Origin: Puccinia triticina
Taxonomy: Eukaryota
DNA length: 64,000 nt
NCBI GenBank assembly: GCA_026914245.1
Contig: CP110440.1
Coordinates: 4,030,001 to 4,094,000 of the forward strand
Direction of reading: 5' to 3'
The position numbers and the translations under genes were made by a program. Below are positions 39,135 through 52,580 of this stretch, in pieces (position 1 is the stretch's first letter; each line of letters starts with the position of its first letter). A model generated the notes under the pieces. That model was given only the letters and a program-made list of their open reading frames with translations. It was not told the DNA's origin and did not search any database.

Positions 39135-41705
39135 CAATTTTTTCACTTGAATTAAGATCTGAATCATTGTTGTTTATTACACTATTTATACATAACTTGG
39201 AAATGAAATGAGTAAATTTGCTGCAAGGATTGAAGATAAGAGATTGATTCCTATCCTGATGCTTTGAAAGCTTTTAATCCAATTTGAGTCCAAAGGGAAA
39301 AATAATTTTTTAACAATGATTATTTGTCACTTTTGAATGACTTCATTTTATGATCAGGAAATCAAAATAAATGTGTATGCCTGTATAAGACCTTAGTAAG
39401 CAGATGTGTATCTGGGGTGGCTGTGGGTCAAAAATTTGAAAATTTGAGTGACCCCATTTGATCAAAATAAATTCAGGATATAGAAGTGTGCTTGTTAAAT
39501 TACTATTTGTGCACACCCATAGTGTTTGATATTGTTGGTCAAATGGGGTCATTCAAAAGTGACCAACAATTTCTTTCAGGATGAGAAATATTATTACCCA
39601 CTCTTGTATTACCTACTTTGGCTAGGAGGCTCCAAAGATACATATATATTGCTTACTAAAGTGTTATATGTGCACACATATGACTTTGGATGTTGTTGGT
39701 CAAATGAGGTGGTTCAAAAGTGACCAATCACATTTTTCAACCTAAATAATATTACTCACTTTTTCACAACCTCATTTTGCCAACAGCCACCAAAGATATA
39801 TATATACCTACCAAAGTATTATATGTGCAAACACATAATTTTTGATGTTGTTGGAGTTCATTCAGAAATGAAAACTTGTAATTTTAGTCTGAAACATGTT
39901 GTTGGTCATGGTTGAATTACCATGACCAACAACATGAATATATCTATAGATCTATGGCTTCCCCCATCAATTTTATACTTTCTGTGCTGTTGATTCAGAC
40001 GCAAATCATGCTTGAATCCTTTTCCAACAACTCTGATTTATATAAGATAACACTCAATATTGGAGTAGTTTGAAGATTTGAGGCTACCATGTTGTTTCTA
40101 CTACAAAAATATTCATGGCACTGTGCCTGTCATTTTTTATTGATTAATCTTAGTAACTTTTCTGCAGATGCTTGATGGTGTAGGATGTTTCTAGTATTAT
40201 TGAGAACTCTTTGCACCAATCATAAAACTGATTCACTCAGCCACAACTCAAATTCTGAATTTCCAAATGATATTATCATTGTAGCAAATCATGGAACATG
40301 GGCTTTTCAATCCATCTATAAACCAAGTGTCCTGTCTGAAGTGTTGAAGGTGTAATCCCTGTAGAAGGGAACATGGCCAGCAGTGATCTAACTGCTGAGA
40401 CCCATGCTGCCAAGTATGCTCAGCTCTCTGCTGCCAATTATGCTCAGCTTCCTGCTGCAGCTGCTTATCACAGTGCAGAAAGTAATAAGAAAAGAAATGC
40501 TCCAGAGGACTGGAGCATTCCTGCAAGGAGGAGAAAAGTATAGGTACTTTTCTCTCCCATACTTTTGACAATGACTTTTCATTGAGAAAGTACGCTGAGA
40601 ATCAATCTCTCAGCAGCATTTGTTTACTATAAATACTGGGCTCTCTTTGCCCCTCTTCACATTCATTCATACTCATACTCTCATTCTCACTCACACTCTC
40701 ACACTTGCTCTCACTCACACACATCCACTTTTATCTTGATCTCATCATATATACAACCATAGCCCTGTCTGGTAGCCTTTGCTCAAACAGATAGAAAATA
40801 GAATTATTATTGCAAATTTCATACCACAAACTCTACAAACTTTACATGAAGAACTTTTCCTTGTGGAACATTTAATCATGGCATCTTGTTTTGACTTTTC
40901 ATGAAATTTTGTGCCAAACATGGAGTATTTCAGTGCATTAAATTTAAAACAACATGTTGCTGCTAAGTTTGGGTTAAAAATAAATTTTTAACAAAGATTT
41001 AAATGCCCCCTGCCATCCCCATGGGCTGCAGGATATGTATATTCCACAGTACTAGTAGGTTGCGGTTTCCGTGTGACAAACCACGGGCAGGGAGCAAAAC
41101 GTGTGCGTGCGTGTCCAGTGGAGTCCGACCAATCATAGCGTGCCACCAGCCAGGCCCTCCGCAAACCACAGGTTACATGTTGCGTGAAATCCGTGTACCC
41201 ATCCAACTCAGCTGCTCCCAGCGCCCGTGGCCACGTCAGCACCCGCAACACTCCGAGCTCAGCGAACCAGGGACCGCACACATCCGACATCGATCGTCAA
41301 GAGCCCCTTGTCCCCCACTACCCTGATCGTTCGCACGGGTTAAGTCTGACGACCATCAGGGTACAAGAGGGACTCGTGTGGTTCTTTTCGTCCGCCTTCG
41401 ACCAAACCGTCTCCGCCAACCAGAAATCCAACAGGGTCTTGTCGCGAACCGCCTACAGAACAACCGGCCCGATTGAGTCTGACTCGAGCAGCTGCAGCAG
41501 GCTATAAGTTGATCGGGTTTTTTGGTACCTTTGGATCCCGATGTTCGGTCTCATTTCATCAGAAGAGGAGAAAAAAAAACAGCTGACACATCTGATTCGG
41601 TATGGTTTTGTTTTGCAGGCCCGGGCCACTGAGTCACCCGAGTAGATTCCCAAGTTGAGTGTACAATTTGGGTGCTGGCAAGATGTGATGAACGAGAAAA
41701 CTGAC

Positions 41706-41929
41706 CCATTGACACCTTTGATGTAGACCCGATTGCAGTAGATGAGCACTTGGGCGCGGCTGTACTAATCCGAGCAATCTGAATACATTATAAAGCGAGG
41801 AAAGTGGGATTGGGACAGACCGAAATTCTGGATGGTGATGTTTTCTGGGGAAGAGTGGTAAGCGACGGCGCGGGCGAGTTCCTGATAGAGATTAGGGAAG
41901 AGGGCCAAGCACTGATCCTTGCCGATCAT
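41706..41929 (-). pseudogene. Gene fragment resembling a CAP10/GT90-family glycosyltransferase N-terminal region
   Basis: MIGKDQCLALFPNLYQELARAVAYHSSPENITIQNF|DCSD*YSRAQVLIYCNRVYIKGVNG resembles the QC..FP.LY..I.RAV...RA.IY.N.LYI pattern I recall for fungal GT90. Recalled similarity only. Confidence 0.4.
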
Positions 41930-42926
41930 GTTCTACATTGCAGGGCCGAAGTCGAGGCCGGAGTCAGGCTGGTAAGGTTTTTGGAGAGTGTTTCTCTAGA
42001 CATAGCTTGGAGGAGAGCAGGCCGGGCAGGGTGGCATTCAGGGCGCTAGAAATGATGTTACAGACCTGCGAGACAACATTTGTCAGCTAGTTCGTGTGCC
42101 ACAGCAAATGGGGATCGTTCAGGTTCCGAAACAACTGTGGCTCGATCACTAGGACTCCCAATCGATATGTACAGTGAACAGAGCCTCACAAACAGTCTTT
42201 CCAGCGACTCTGGCCCTTCAACTTAGACGTGTGGAGCGGATTGAAGCGCAGCAGTAGCACCGGTCGTTCTGCCATTCTTTTTTTTTGTAAAAGCACAAAA
42301 AGTCTGAATGGTTAATGTATACTGAAGATCTCGATGAGATCGGTGGGCCGGCTGGTGGCCGGAAAGTCCGAGAGAATGGAGCGGGAAAGCCTCACCAAAA
42401 TGGCCAGGCCAAGCAGTTGGCTGAGGAGATTTCCACCTCATCAAACTGCCGAAGCAGCTCTCTTCAGCTACATCCAATACGCATATTGGTGGGCTTCTCT
42501 GGAAGACTGGCAGTCTGGTTCAGATCTCTTGCACTTTTTAAAGTGCCGATGGCTCAGACGGACTGTCACGAAGGGAACAAAGTCCCACCCTACTTCCTGA
42601 ACAAAAAGCACACAACGCAAAAGCTTCCCTGTCTTTCAAGCAGTACTTTTGGGTGCAATAAGTTAATTCAACATGTTTTTCAAACCATATGTTGAGTGTT
42701 GAGGCTATGTAGACACAAAATAGAGCAAGCAGTATAGTAATTTGGTGCATTTTATTTTGAGGAATCAAGTCGAGTGCACACAACCTGTGAAAAATATGAA
42801 TTGAAGAGGAATCGGCAGGTCAACAAGTAAACAGTCACAGCAAAGGGCATGATAGGGTAGCAAGATGGACAACCACAATAAAGAGTTAGTTATCAGTCAG
42901 CTATGTATTACGATTGTCACAACTGT

Positions 42927-45176
42927 TCAAGAAAGCGGCAAGGAACGCAAAGGGGAGGGTGATTGGACAGAAGAAGGGGGAGTTGCTCCATAAAACTCGT
43001 GTGCGGTGACGCCATCAGGTATGGATGGGTCATACACAAGATCAATCAGTTTTTTGTCAAGATCAAGATGTATAATAGCTTTGGGAGTCGCAAGCAGATC
43101 CCGACTCGGTTTTTTGAGCCAATCAGCCTGAGTCATTGCTCCTGGTAGAAGCTGAATTTTATACTTGATCTTGGCAAGTTTCCAGTCGGTATTAGTCCAG
43201 GGCCATTGGAGCATGATACCATCCGTCTTCTCAGCTGTTGCGCACCATGAGAATAAGTTTGAGTGAGCTCGAAGTCATACATAGGGGAGATCACACAAAA
43301 CTTTGATGCTTACAACTAAGTCGGACATACGCCTGGTAACAGAGACCGGCCGGGACTTGGGTTTACCTAAGTATCTGTGTTAGCCGAGCCAACAATTGAA
43401 AGGGAAGTGAAAACAGCAATGAGCAAGGGATTAGTGGACTCGCCTCGTTTGGATAAAGCTAACTGGGCAATTTCAGCAACTTCATAGCCAGTCAAGTATG
43501 ACTGCATGCGAGCCGGATAGTGCTTCGTTCCATCAAGATTAGCCGCCGAGGCAAGAAATTTGGTTGCACCGTGGGTGGCTTTACCAAATTGGAAGGAGTG
43601 CGCCGCAAGGTGTCGAGAGACAGCAAACATGATCATCTCACAGTTTGAAGTCTTGGCAATGTGAGCTGCCTGCCCAGGAAAAGAATCAGACAACCGTCAA
43701 TCGTAGCATAAGATTTGGGAATCTGACAGACCAACCTTGCTCATGCAATCGTCCATGAAGTTCTGGACCGTGTTGGCAGCCCGCTTTAAGGAAGTCATCT
43801 TACAAGTCCCGGGCTCCTCGGACTCTTCCTCGTCATCATCTGTCTCGTAATCACTGTCCCGATCGCTGTCTGATTCACCGGCAGGCTGAGTATCTACATT
43901 TGGCTGTGTTCGCGGTTTTCCGTTTTGATAGGCAGCCTTTTCCTCAGGGGATAGTTTATTCCACAACCCGGACACGTCTGTCATAGCACCTTTGTGCTTC
44001 ACCCCCTTTCGAGCTGTGAAAGCAAACAATGAAAAATAGCTTAGTAGGTTTCTGTTTGAGGTTACACAATGCAGTCAATGACTTACGCCCACGGAATACC
44101 CCCCGGGCAGACTTGGTTGTCATAAAGTGATTGAATCGGGTCGGCTTCTTGACTGCTATACGTTTGCCCCTATTTCAACCAACAGTGAGGGGTGTCAGAA
44201 ATTCATTAAGTCATTCGAGGATTACAACAGCAAAAAAAACATACAGATATTCATCCACCATGGGAACTGAAACACCTCTTTCAATCGCTTGGATACATAA
44301 CTCCCAGCGCTGCTGATGATAGAAATCAGCAAAGTGAGCCCTGTCTGCATTGGACATTGCTTTCTTCGAGTATTTTCTTGCATCAATGGCTAACTGGGCC
44401 TCCGTAAGCTTCATGAGCTCTTCATGGGAACGTGGCTCAGGCATAGGTCGGTTGCTTTCTTGGAGTTTCTGCTTCTTACGCGACTGGCGTTGGTTGAGGG
44501 ATGCAAGAGGTCCTGCGGCGGAAGCAGGAGGGGGTATTTGGTTACCGGTGGTGCTGGTGAGTGGGTGAAGACTGTGAGGTGTGCCCGCTGAGCTACTAAT
44601 ATTAGATGATACGACACGTAGAGCTCGCTTGGCCCGAGGGTTTCGAGGTTTAGTCATATGAACTTGAGGGGAAGAACTGGCAGTAGAGGGGATACTAGGT
44701 GACAAGTGGGACTGATGGGTGGAGCGACTAAAAGAATTGTTGGCTGGAGTGGAGCCATACTGAGGCAAGTGGTCAAGCGACAAACGACCATTATTGGATG
44801 AAATGTAAACAGAAGGAGATGGAGCAAGCTGATCAATCAAATTGGAAGGAGTAGTTTGGTTTTGTGTATACGGATTGCCGGTTGGGGTAAACAATGGGTG
44901 GTTTTGGTTGGGTAAAGCACGGTATTGGGACAAGTTGTGAGGACTTGATTGATCATACGAGTAAGAGGAATTAACTAAAGGCCTTTGAGGAGTTGGGGAT
45001 CATTGGTGACGTATGTATGGGTGAAAGCCACGAGGGAAACTGGCCGCTGAGCTGCTCAAATGAGAACGATGGATATTAGTATGATCATTTCTATTTTGGG
45101 AGCCATTCTGACGGGAGTGAGCACTACTACTATTTTCAAAGCCGCTATAGTTGGCGGGAGTGTGGTGAGAAGCCAT
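42927..45176 (-). pseudogene. KDZ partner gene: low-complexity N-terminus, HMG-box-like segment; one premature stop
   Basis: ATG at 45176 (MASHHTPANY), in-frame TGA at 45000-45002, then multi-exon ORFs down to 42927. KKPTRFNHFM...AMTDVSGLWNKLSPEEKAAYQ resembles HMG helices. Confidence 0.65.
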
Positions 45177-45548
45177 GTTGATGTTGTCGGATTGAGCGTT
45201 TGGAAGGATTGATGGGGTATAGAAGTTGTGTTGGAGTCGGATGGGACCACGGGCGGTGCGGGGCCGGAGGCCCGCGCGCTGAGGACGGGGTGTGATTTAT
45301 GGAAGCACACAAAGTGCATGCAGAAGTGGTTGCTGTGACAGCTGCGGCGGTGCCGCAAAGTATGACAGCTAGACAGGTTAAGTACATGTAAATTTTTACA
45401 TATAAAATGGCGGGAGGGAGACTGAGATAGAACGAGATGAAACGAGAGGCGGAATCACCTACCTGCAAGGCTTGACAGCGCGCCTCCATGCACTGTCTAT
45501 TAGGCTGTATGGTACCGACAGGGGTGCTGGTCGCGCTGAGGCCATACT

Positions 45549-46144
45549 TGTTATGGCCTGGTGTATACCTCTCTGGGGGAGAGTTGATGCCCGCTATGAT
45601 CGTGTAGTCGGGTGGTACCTTTTCTTCCTTCCCCGGGGTTTTTACAGGTTATGAGCCCAGCGTTACCTCTGTTGCGTGTTCAATTCCCATTGCCTGCATC
45701 TCGCACATGTCACATCTCCCCAGCTTGTAACCCTCACATATCATGACATAACTGTGTTAGCTACTCCTAGTCTTATATATAAGCATATTATTGATTATTG
45801 ATTTAGGAGTGTGGTTGCCTTAAAATAGTTCCACGGTTCATGGGTGCCAAAAGTCCCATTTTAAGATAAATCATAGTATAGTCTTTAAAAAAATAGCATT
45901 AGTATAGTAGCCAGTATGCGTGAAAGTTGACAGTTAACAAGTCTGTCGGGGAGTAACACTTAGATTTGTATGTAGTTTCACACCAGTCCATTTGGTGTCC
46001 AATCCAATATCACCTCTGTTATCAGTGATATTGGCTTGCGGGGGAGTGTTATGGCCTGGTGTATACCTCTCCGGGGGAGAGTTGATGCCCGCTACGATCG
46101 TGTAGTCGGGTGGTACCTTTTCTTCCTTCCCCGGGGTTTTTACA
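45549..46144 (+). mobile_element. TRIM (miniature Copia-type LTR retrotransposon)
   Basis: 98-bp TG...CA LTRs at 45549-45646 and 46047-46144 (2 differences). Copia-type PBS ggttatgagccc, PPT gcgggggag and a perfect ATACT TSD. Confidence 0.92.
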
Positions 46145-46576
46145 ATACTTTCACAGCCTGAGAGTTTACATGCCCTGTAAGGAGGCATGTAAATCCGCCA
46201 AAGCCTGCAGGATAAATTAATTTTACATACTATGCCTTACATCCCCCAGCATCCTCAACGTCTGGATCATCATGCCCATGCACACCCAGGATCAGGATAT
46301 CGAGTCATCAACCAACTACCCCTCCCTCCGAATGTGGCAGCACAGTCTCACTGACACCGCCAACCGCCCGCGCATCACCCCCTTTGAGCTATGGATCACA
46401 CCAGCCGCCGCCGCCGCCGCCGCCAACCTCTCATCGCCATGGGCCCCCTCAAGAATGCACCTCTTTCAACATGGTCGCTCACCATCCCCTCTCCCTCACG
46501 GCCAAACCTCCATTCCATCATATCTCAATCCACTACCCCCCCTTCCCCCCACCCTTGCTTCACAATCCCTCATTAA

Positions 46577-47604
<1,028 letters not shown>

Positions 47605-48530
47605 AGCAGCCAATCAGCCAAAAATAATAACACTGCGAGAAATTTGTGTTTTTACAACCGAATAAAAAAGAGAAAACAGCACTGAAACTTCATCAACGAC
47701 CCGCAGGAAGAATCAAAGGAAGCCGGTGAAGTGATTGGCTTGTTGTTGTGTTTTATTTTCTTATTTTCTGCCACAAGTAAGTGGCTTGTTGCGGTGTTTT
47801 TCTTTATATTCTGCTGCAAGTCCATATTTTTCTTGTCCTGTAAACTCGTAGTGTTATGCAAGGGGGCAAAATGTAAGCAACTTGGGCCAATTTTTCCCAC
47901 TTGTGCTTTATTTCATAAGCTTCTGAAGTACAATGTTTTTGTGCACCGTGTAAAATTGAATGTTGAGTGTAATCTTGTTAATTTTACATTGGATTCTTTT
48001 ACATTGTTTGTGAGGTGTAAGGCTGGTGGGGGTAATTATAATTGTCTGGTTCTGATTTGCAAGATTTACATGGTGAAAATTTACATTGGCATGAGAATGT
48101 AAAGAAAAGCATGTAATTTCCTCCCTTGCGTGCCCTCAGGTGCACTTTTACATGGCATGCTTTACATTTCATCTTTAACGTGGTGGCTATTTTGGTTGTA
48201 TACATGTAAAATTGGTTCACGGGCTTGGTATGTGCAATTTTACATAAATGGGATTTTACATTGCACATGCAATGTAAAACATACAATGTAAAAATCAACA
48301 TCCCCTTAGAAAAGCTGACTTGATTTCCGTAACTAAAACCCATAACACCTTTTCATTATATTAATCCACTGGTCTCTCAAAGTTGCAAGGCTTCACAGCC
48401 CAGCACATTTCTGTATGTAACCGTAGTCTGTGCCTCTTACATTCATAGGTATGATGGTGCGGAGTTACATCGCCTGCTCCCCCCATCCACCATGAGTTAT
48501 ATTTGACGCAGCACAAAAAGACCAGTATTG

Positions 48531-49809
48531 TTATTTCCCGAGATTCCAAAGCCGTGTAAAACCGTCTGCAGATGCTGTAATGAAACAATTTGTTTTCGGG
48601 TGGCATTCGACCCAAGTGATATGCTTTTGATGGGCATCAAAGCTCATCCTTTCGTTTCTCTTTCCCTGGAGACGGTTACGTTTGAAAATGCAATTCATTA
48701 GATCTAATGACGAGGTAGGAAAGATAGCCAAAGATAATTGGACTGACACTCTCAAGGTCCCATGCCCACAGTAGCCCATCTTCATCACCCGCAAGCACTT
48801 GGGCTTCATCATAGCTCATACTTATGTGACTTCGATAATTTAAAACTCGATGACCGGTAAACTTTTGCAGCATTTCCCCTCTTTCACGGTCCATCAGTCG
48901 GATCGTCGAGTTCAGCGTAGACACGGCCATTGTTTTCGCGTCGTTCAGCAGGTGAATTGATGTTACAGGATCTTCATACATTCAGTAAAAAAGTCAGTAT
49001 TTGATAGCATTTTCTTTTTGTTGAAAAAAATAAAGTACTGCCTGCCTCACGTTTGTCGAACGCAAGGGATAAAACAAAAAAGGGAATAACCTTCAAAATA
49101 ATCTTCCATCACTTGCCCCATTCTGACGTCGTATGAGCGAACATAGCCATCCACCGAGCCAGTAATGAATTCGCTACCGGATACAATTATCGAAGTGATC
49201 GAGTCCTTGGCATCTTGAAAAATTTGAATTGGATGGCGCTGTTGAGATTTGATATCCCAAACCCTTATGGAGGCATCAAAACTTCCTGTCAACTCGATAT
49301 TCAAAATCAGAAAAGCCTCAAGACCAGTTTCACGTATCAAAAGTTCAGGTGACTCTGATACTAACCACTGATGAGCAAGTTACCATCGAAACTGAAAGCA
49401 CATGCATTTATTAGGCCGGTGTGTCCACTAAAGCGTCTCAATATGGCGCCGGTTGATACGTCCCAATAGAAGACCGAACGGTCTCCACCAACACTTCCAA
49501 GGAATGAATTATTTGGGGAGCTATCTACAAACAGAGATGCACTTTCAGTTTCACTCTGTGTCTGGTGGAAATGTAGTGCCTACGAAACCCGGTCTCTACT
49601 TACACTGCAATTCCTAATATCTCATACCCATGCCCGCTGTAGTCTTTGATGAAGTTTCCAGTCTTGGCATTCCAGAGTCGAATCGTCCGATCCTGCCCCC
49701 CGGTTAGCACATACTGAGCCCCATGATTGAATGTTGCAACGTGGACGATCCCTTTGTGTTCCAACTGACATTGCAAAGCCGGAGAGGTGTGGGTTGCCTT
49801 ACTGTCCAT
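48531..49809 (-). CDS. WD40 protein WDR83/MORG1-like, multi-exon
   Basis: Motifs HKGIVHVATFN..AQYVLTGGQDRTIRLWN, YSGHGYEIL, GSFDASIRVWD, IQIFQDAKDSITSI, GSVDGYVRSYDVRMG, STIRLMDRERGEMLQKFTGH and GDEDGLLWAWDL. GT-AG introns join the ORF pieces. Confidence 0.85.
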
Positions 49810-49956
49810 GTGTGCGAAGTATGCCAGTCCCGACTCCCGAGAGATGATGGGTTGCACAAACTTCGGGCCAGCCCAGCTCAAGTTGTCGATCGGGAAATCG
49901 GGGAGCGGGGAATCCCGCGGATTTATCCGGTCTCGGTGGCGGTATGTACATATTTA

Positions 49957-50087
49957 GGACGGTTCACATAGGGATTTTTTAACCCTGCTGATGTTATAAA
50001 TCAGCCAGCCTTCCCAGCCAAATTGGCTGGGACCGTGGGATAAACTTTATTTTGGTCTTGCTGATTTTGGCCCTACGTGAACCGTCC
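49957..50087. mobile_element. Small MITE ~150 bp upstream of the WDR83-like gene
   Basis: TIR ggacggttcacatagg / cctacgtgaaccgtcc. Confidence 0.7.
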
Positions 50088-50987
50088 TATTATACCAAAA
50101 TTACGGCAGACATGGGCACTTTCTGGACTTCCTGTTAATCTGGGAGCTCAGATTTTTCCAGGTTTTTGCAAGGAAATCCTGGAAAATCTGAGCTCAATTT
50201 TCCCAAATCCTAGATCTGCCTAGACTTCCCTGTGAAATCTGAGAAAATCTGGGTTTCCAGACTGGTGGGAAGTCCTCCAATCTTGACATAAACTTGCAGC
50301 CCTCAAAATGCAAAAGCGCAGCGGCTTTCTGCTACAAAAAAGTGTAGCGCACAGTCCAAAATTTGCTGTGCTTTCCGCTTTGCTGCGCTGCTTGTAGTTC
50401 AGCTGTTTCAGCCTTGCTTGAATCTACATTTTAGTGCCTTGAATTATATGAAGATAATTCGGTGCTGTAAATCAGCACTAAGACTAGTTATTCAAGCTGT
50501 ATGTCATTTTATTTTGAATGAGCTCACATGTGATTCATATGTGCAATTGTTTCTTGGATGTGTTTGAATGTTTAGATAGTTTTTCAGTGTGAATAAAATT
50601 AAACAAAATGTTATCCACAAAACCATTCCCCAAGCTCTTGGTTTACTTTAGGGCTACATGAATCCATCAGTGGAGATTGGAAGTGGGTAAGTTTAGGTTC
50701 AAGAAGTTTATCAAGGTAGTCAAAGGATAATGATGGAATATGCAATAATTTTAAGAATTGTATGTTTGATTTTTTGGCTTAGTTCAGAGAAATAGAATAA
50801 CAATCGGGGCTTCCTTTATCTTTCACGCTCAATAGTTATTTTATATTTATGGGCACCAAGTCAAATCCTTTGGGATCCGATGTTGATGTTGGATTGATTT
50901 GGTGGCTTGAGTAGAGTGAAGAAGTTTCTTCTTTCTGATGCCTTGCCGTAACGGTCGCAATGTGCAAGATCCCAGGTTTACTAAGCC

Positions 50988-51500
50988 TCAAAGACTTCCA
51001 CGTGGATGTTTTCTGGACAATCCGGTCGAAAGGTAAGTGTCTCGTTCCAATTCCATGTGTCCTGGTTTCGATATATCGGTGAGCGGTGCCTGCTCCCCCA
51101 AGAGGAAAATCTTAGCATATTGCCTGTTGAAAGTATGTAGAAAAATTGGTTGGATTGGTTCAATAATCGCTTACAGATCCCATCCCTGGTCAGTCGTGGC
51201 ATTTTTCCCGAGGATTATTGAGCAATCCGTGATGTTGACTTTCAAAGTTGCGTAGCAGACATGAGATTTGATAGTCGAACCCTCATTCGTTGGAATGTTC
51301 ATGCGACCGTGAATCGTGGCCTCGACTACTCCTTCCTTTTGATGTTTAGCGCTCTTCCATTTGACATTGGCTTTTTCCCAAGAGTTGCCCCATGCGTCTG
51401 AGTTCAGCGTAGCGCGACACTTGCGCTTCTTGGAAGCAGTGGTGAATAAGCTGAGAAGGAGACAAACGAAGACAAGGATCTTTGAGCTGAAGGGGTTCAT
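50988..51500 (-). CDS. Candidate small secreted protein (~153 aa)
   Basis: The N-terminus MNPFSSKILVFVCLLLSLFTTAS looks like a signal peptide. GT-AG intron 51124-51174 continues the frame to a TGA at 50988. 3' end uncertain. Confidence 0.55.
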
Positions 51501-52383
51501 GACGACCAAGTAATGTGATGTGTGCTCAGGGAAGTTTTGTTGAAAGTGGTGGATGGATGGGGGGAACAAAAAGCTATTGGATCACAAAAACTCTGGAACC
51601 CGGGTCCCAACGTCTCTCCGCCACATGCTCCGGAATACTGAATCCTAAACTAGCAAAGAGTCATTCAAAGGATGGCGCAAGTTTCACATAGGCAGTACAT
51701 ACATCATCTCTTTCACTTTATACATCACTTTATGCATCCATGAAACACCGAACTTAAGCAATCCCTCCGAGGAGGTCGCGCTGCGCACGACCTCCTCGGG
51801 CCCTCCTCGGAGGGACTTTGATAAAGTTCGATGAAACACCCGTCATCTAACTTAGCGAAGTCCCTCCTCGGGGGAGCGAAGCAACCTCCGAAGGGGGGCT
51901 ATGTCGACCCCGCGGCAGCAGAGAATTAACGCCTTTTGTTGGGGACTTTTTTAAAACCAATCTCCCACATGAGTTTGTGCAGCGGGACAGTGTCCCCCCT
52001 CCGATAGGGGGTTTCAACGATAAGGAAACCCGGGGAGCAGTTTGAGCTAGTTTGAGCGCTCGAGTTTGGTCGAACTGAAGAAAGTCCTCGAGACTTCGGG
52101 CCCCCGGGGGGTAGGCTGAACTCGCAAAGCAAGCCTCTTACACCATATCAACCCAAGCTTGTGTGGCTAAAATGAAATTTTCATGCCACTTCCTTTTTTT
52201 AATTCCAAAGATCATGTATTGCTGAAACATTGCTAATTTTTTACTTCCTTCAAGATGGAACATGCTAAGCAGAATTTTAGTATGTTTCTTTTTATCTTTT
52301 TCCATACCAGTATTTTACTAGAATTAAAATAAGAAACTTGCAATTTATAGAGTTGCCAAGAATTTGAGCCAATTCTATAATTA

Positions 52384-52580
52384 GGGTGTTCAAAGTTGAC
52401 TTGCATAAAATCATAACACCATAAAATTATAAAATTCTGAGCTGAAAAAAATATGTACCACCCAAACATTCAAATTACAGCAACATTTCTAGAATGGTAC
52501 ATATGAAATCATCACTTGAAAGTTTTATGATTTTATGATTTTATGTATTGAAAATTTTATGATTTCAACTTTGAACACCT
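52384..52580. mobile_element. Tourist-like MITE, copy 2
   Basis: TIR gggtgttcaaagttga / tcaactttgaacacc with TTA/TAA flanks. Confidence 0.8.

Noticed and set aside
34849..45526. Treating the 125-bp inverted repeats as the KDZ termini
   Set aside because: No TSD flanks them; the TSD is found at 34667-34674 and 48306-48313.
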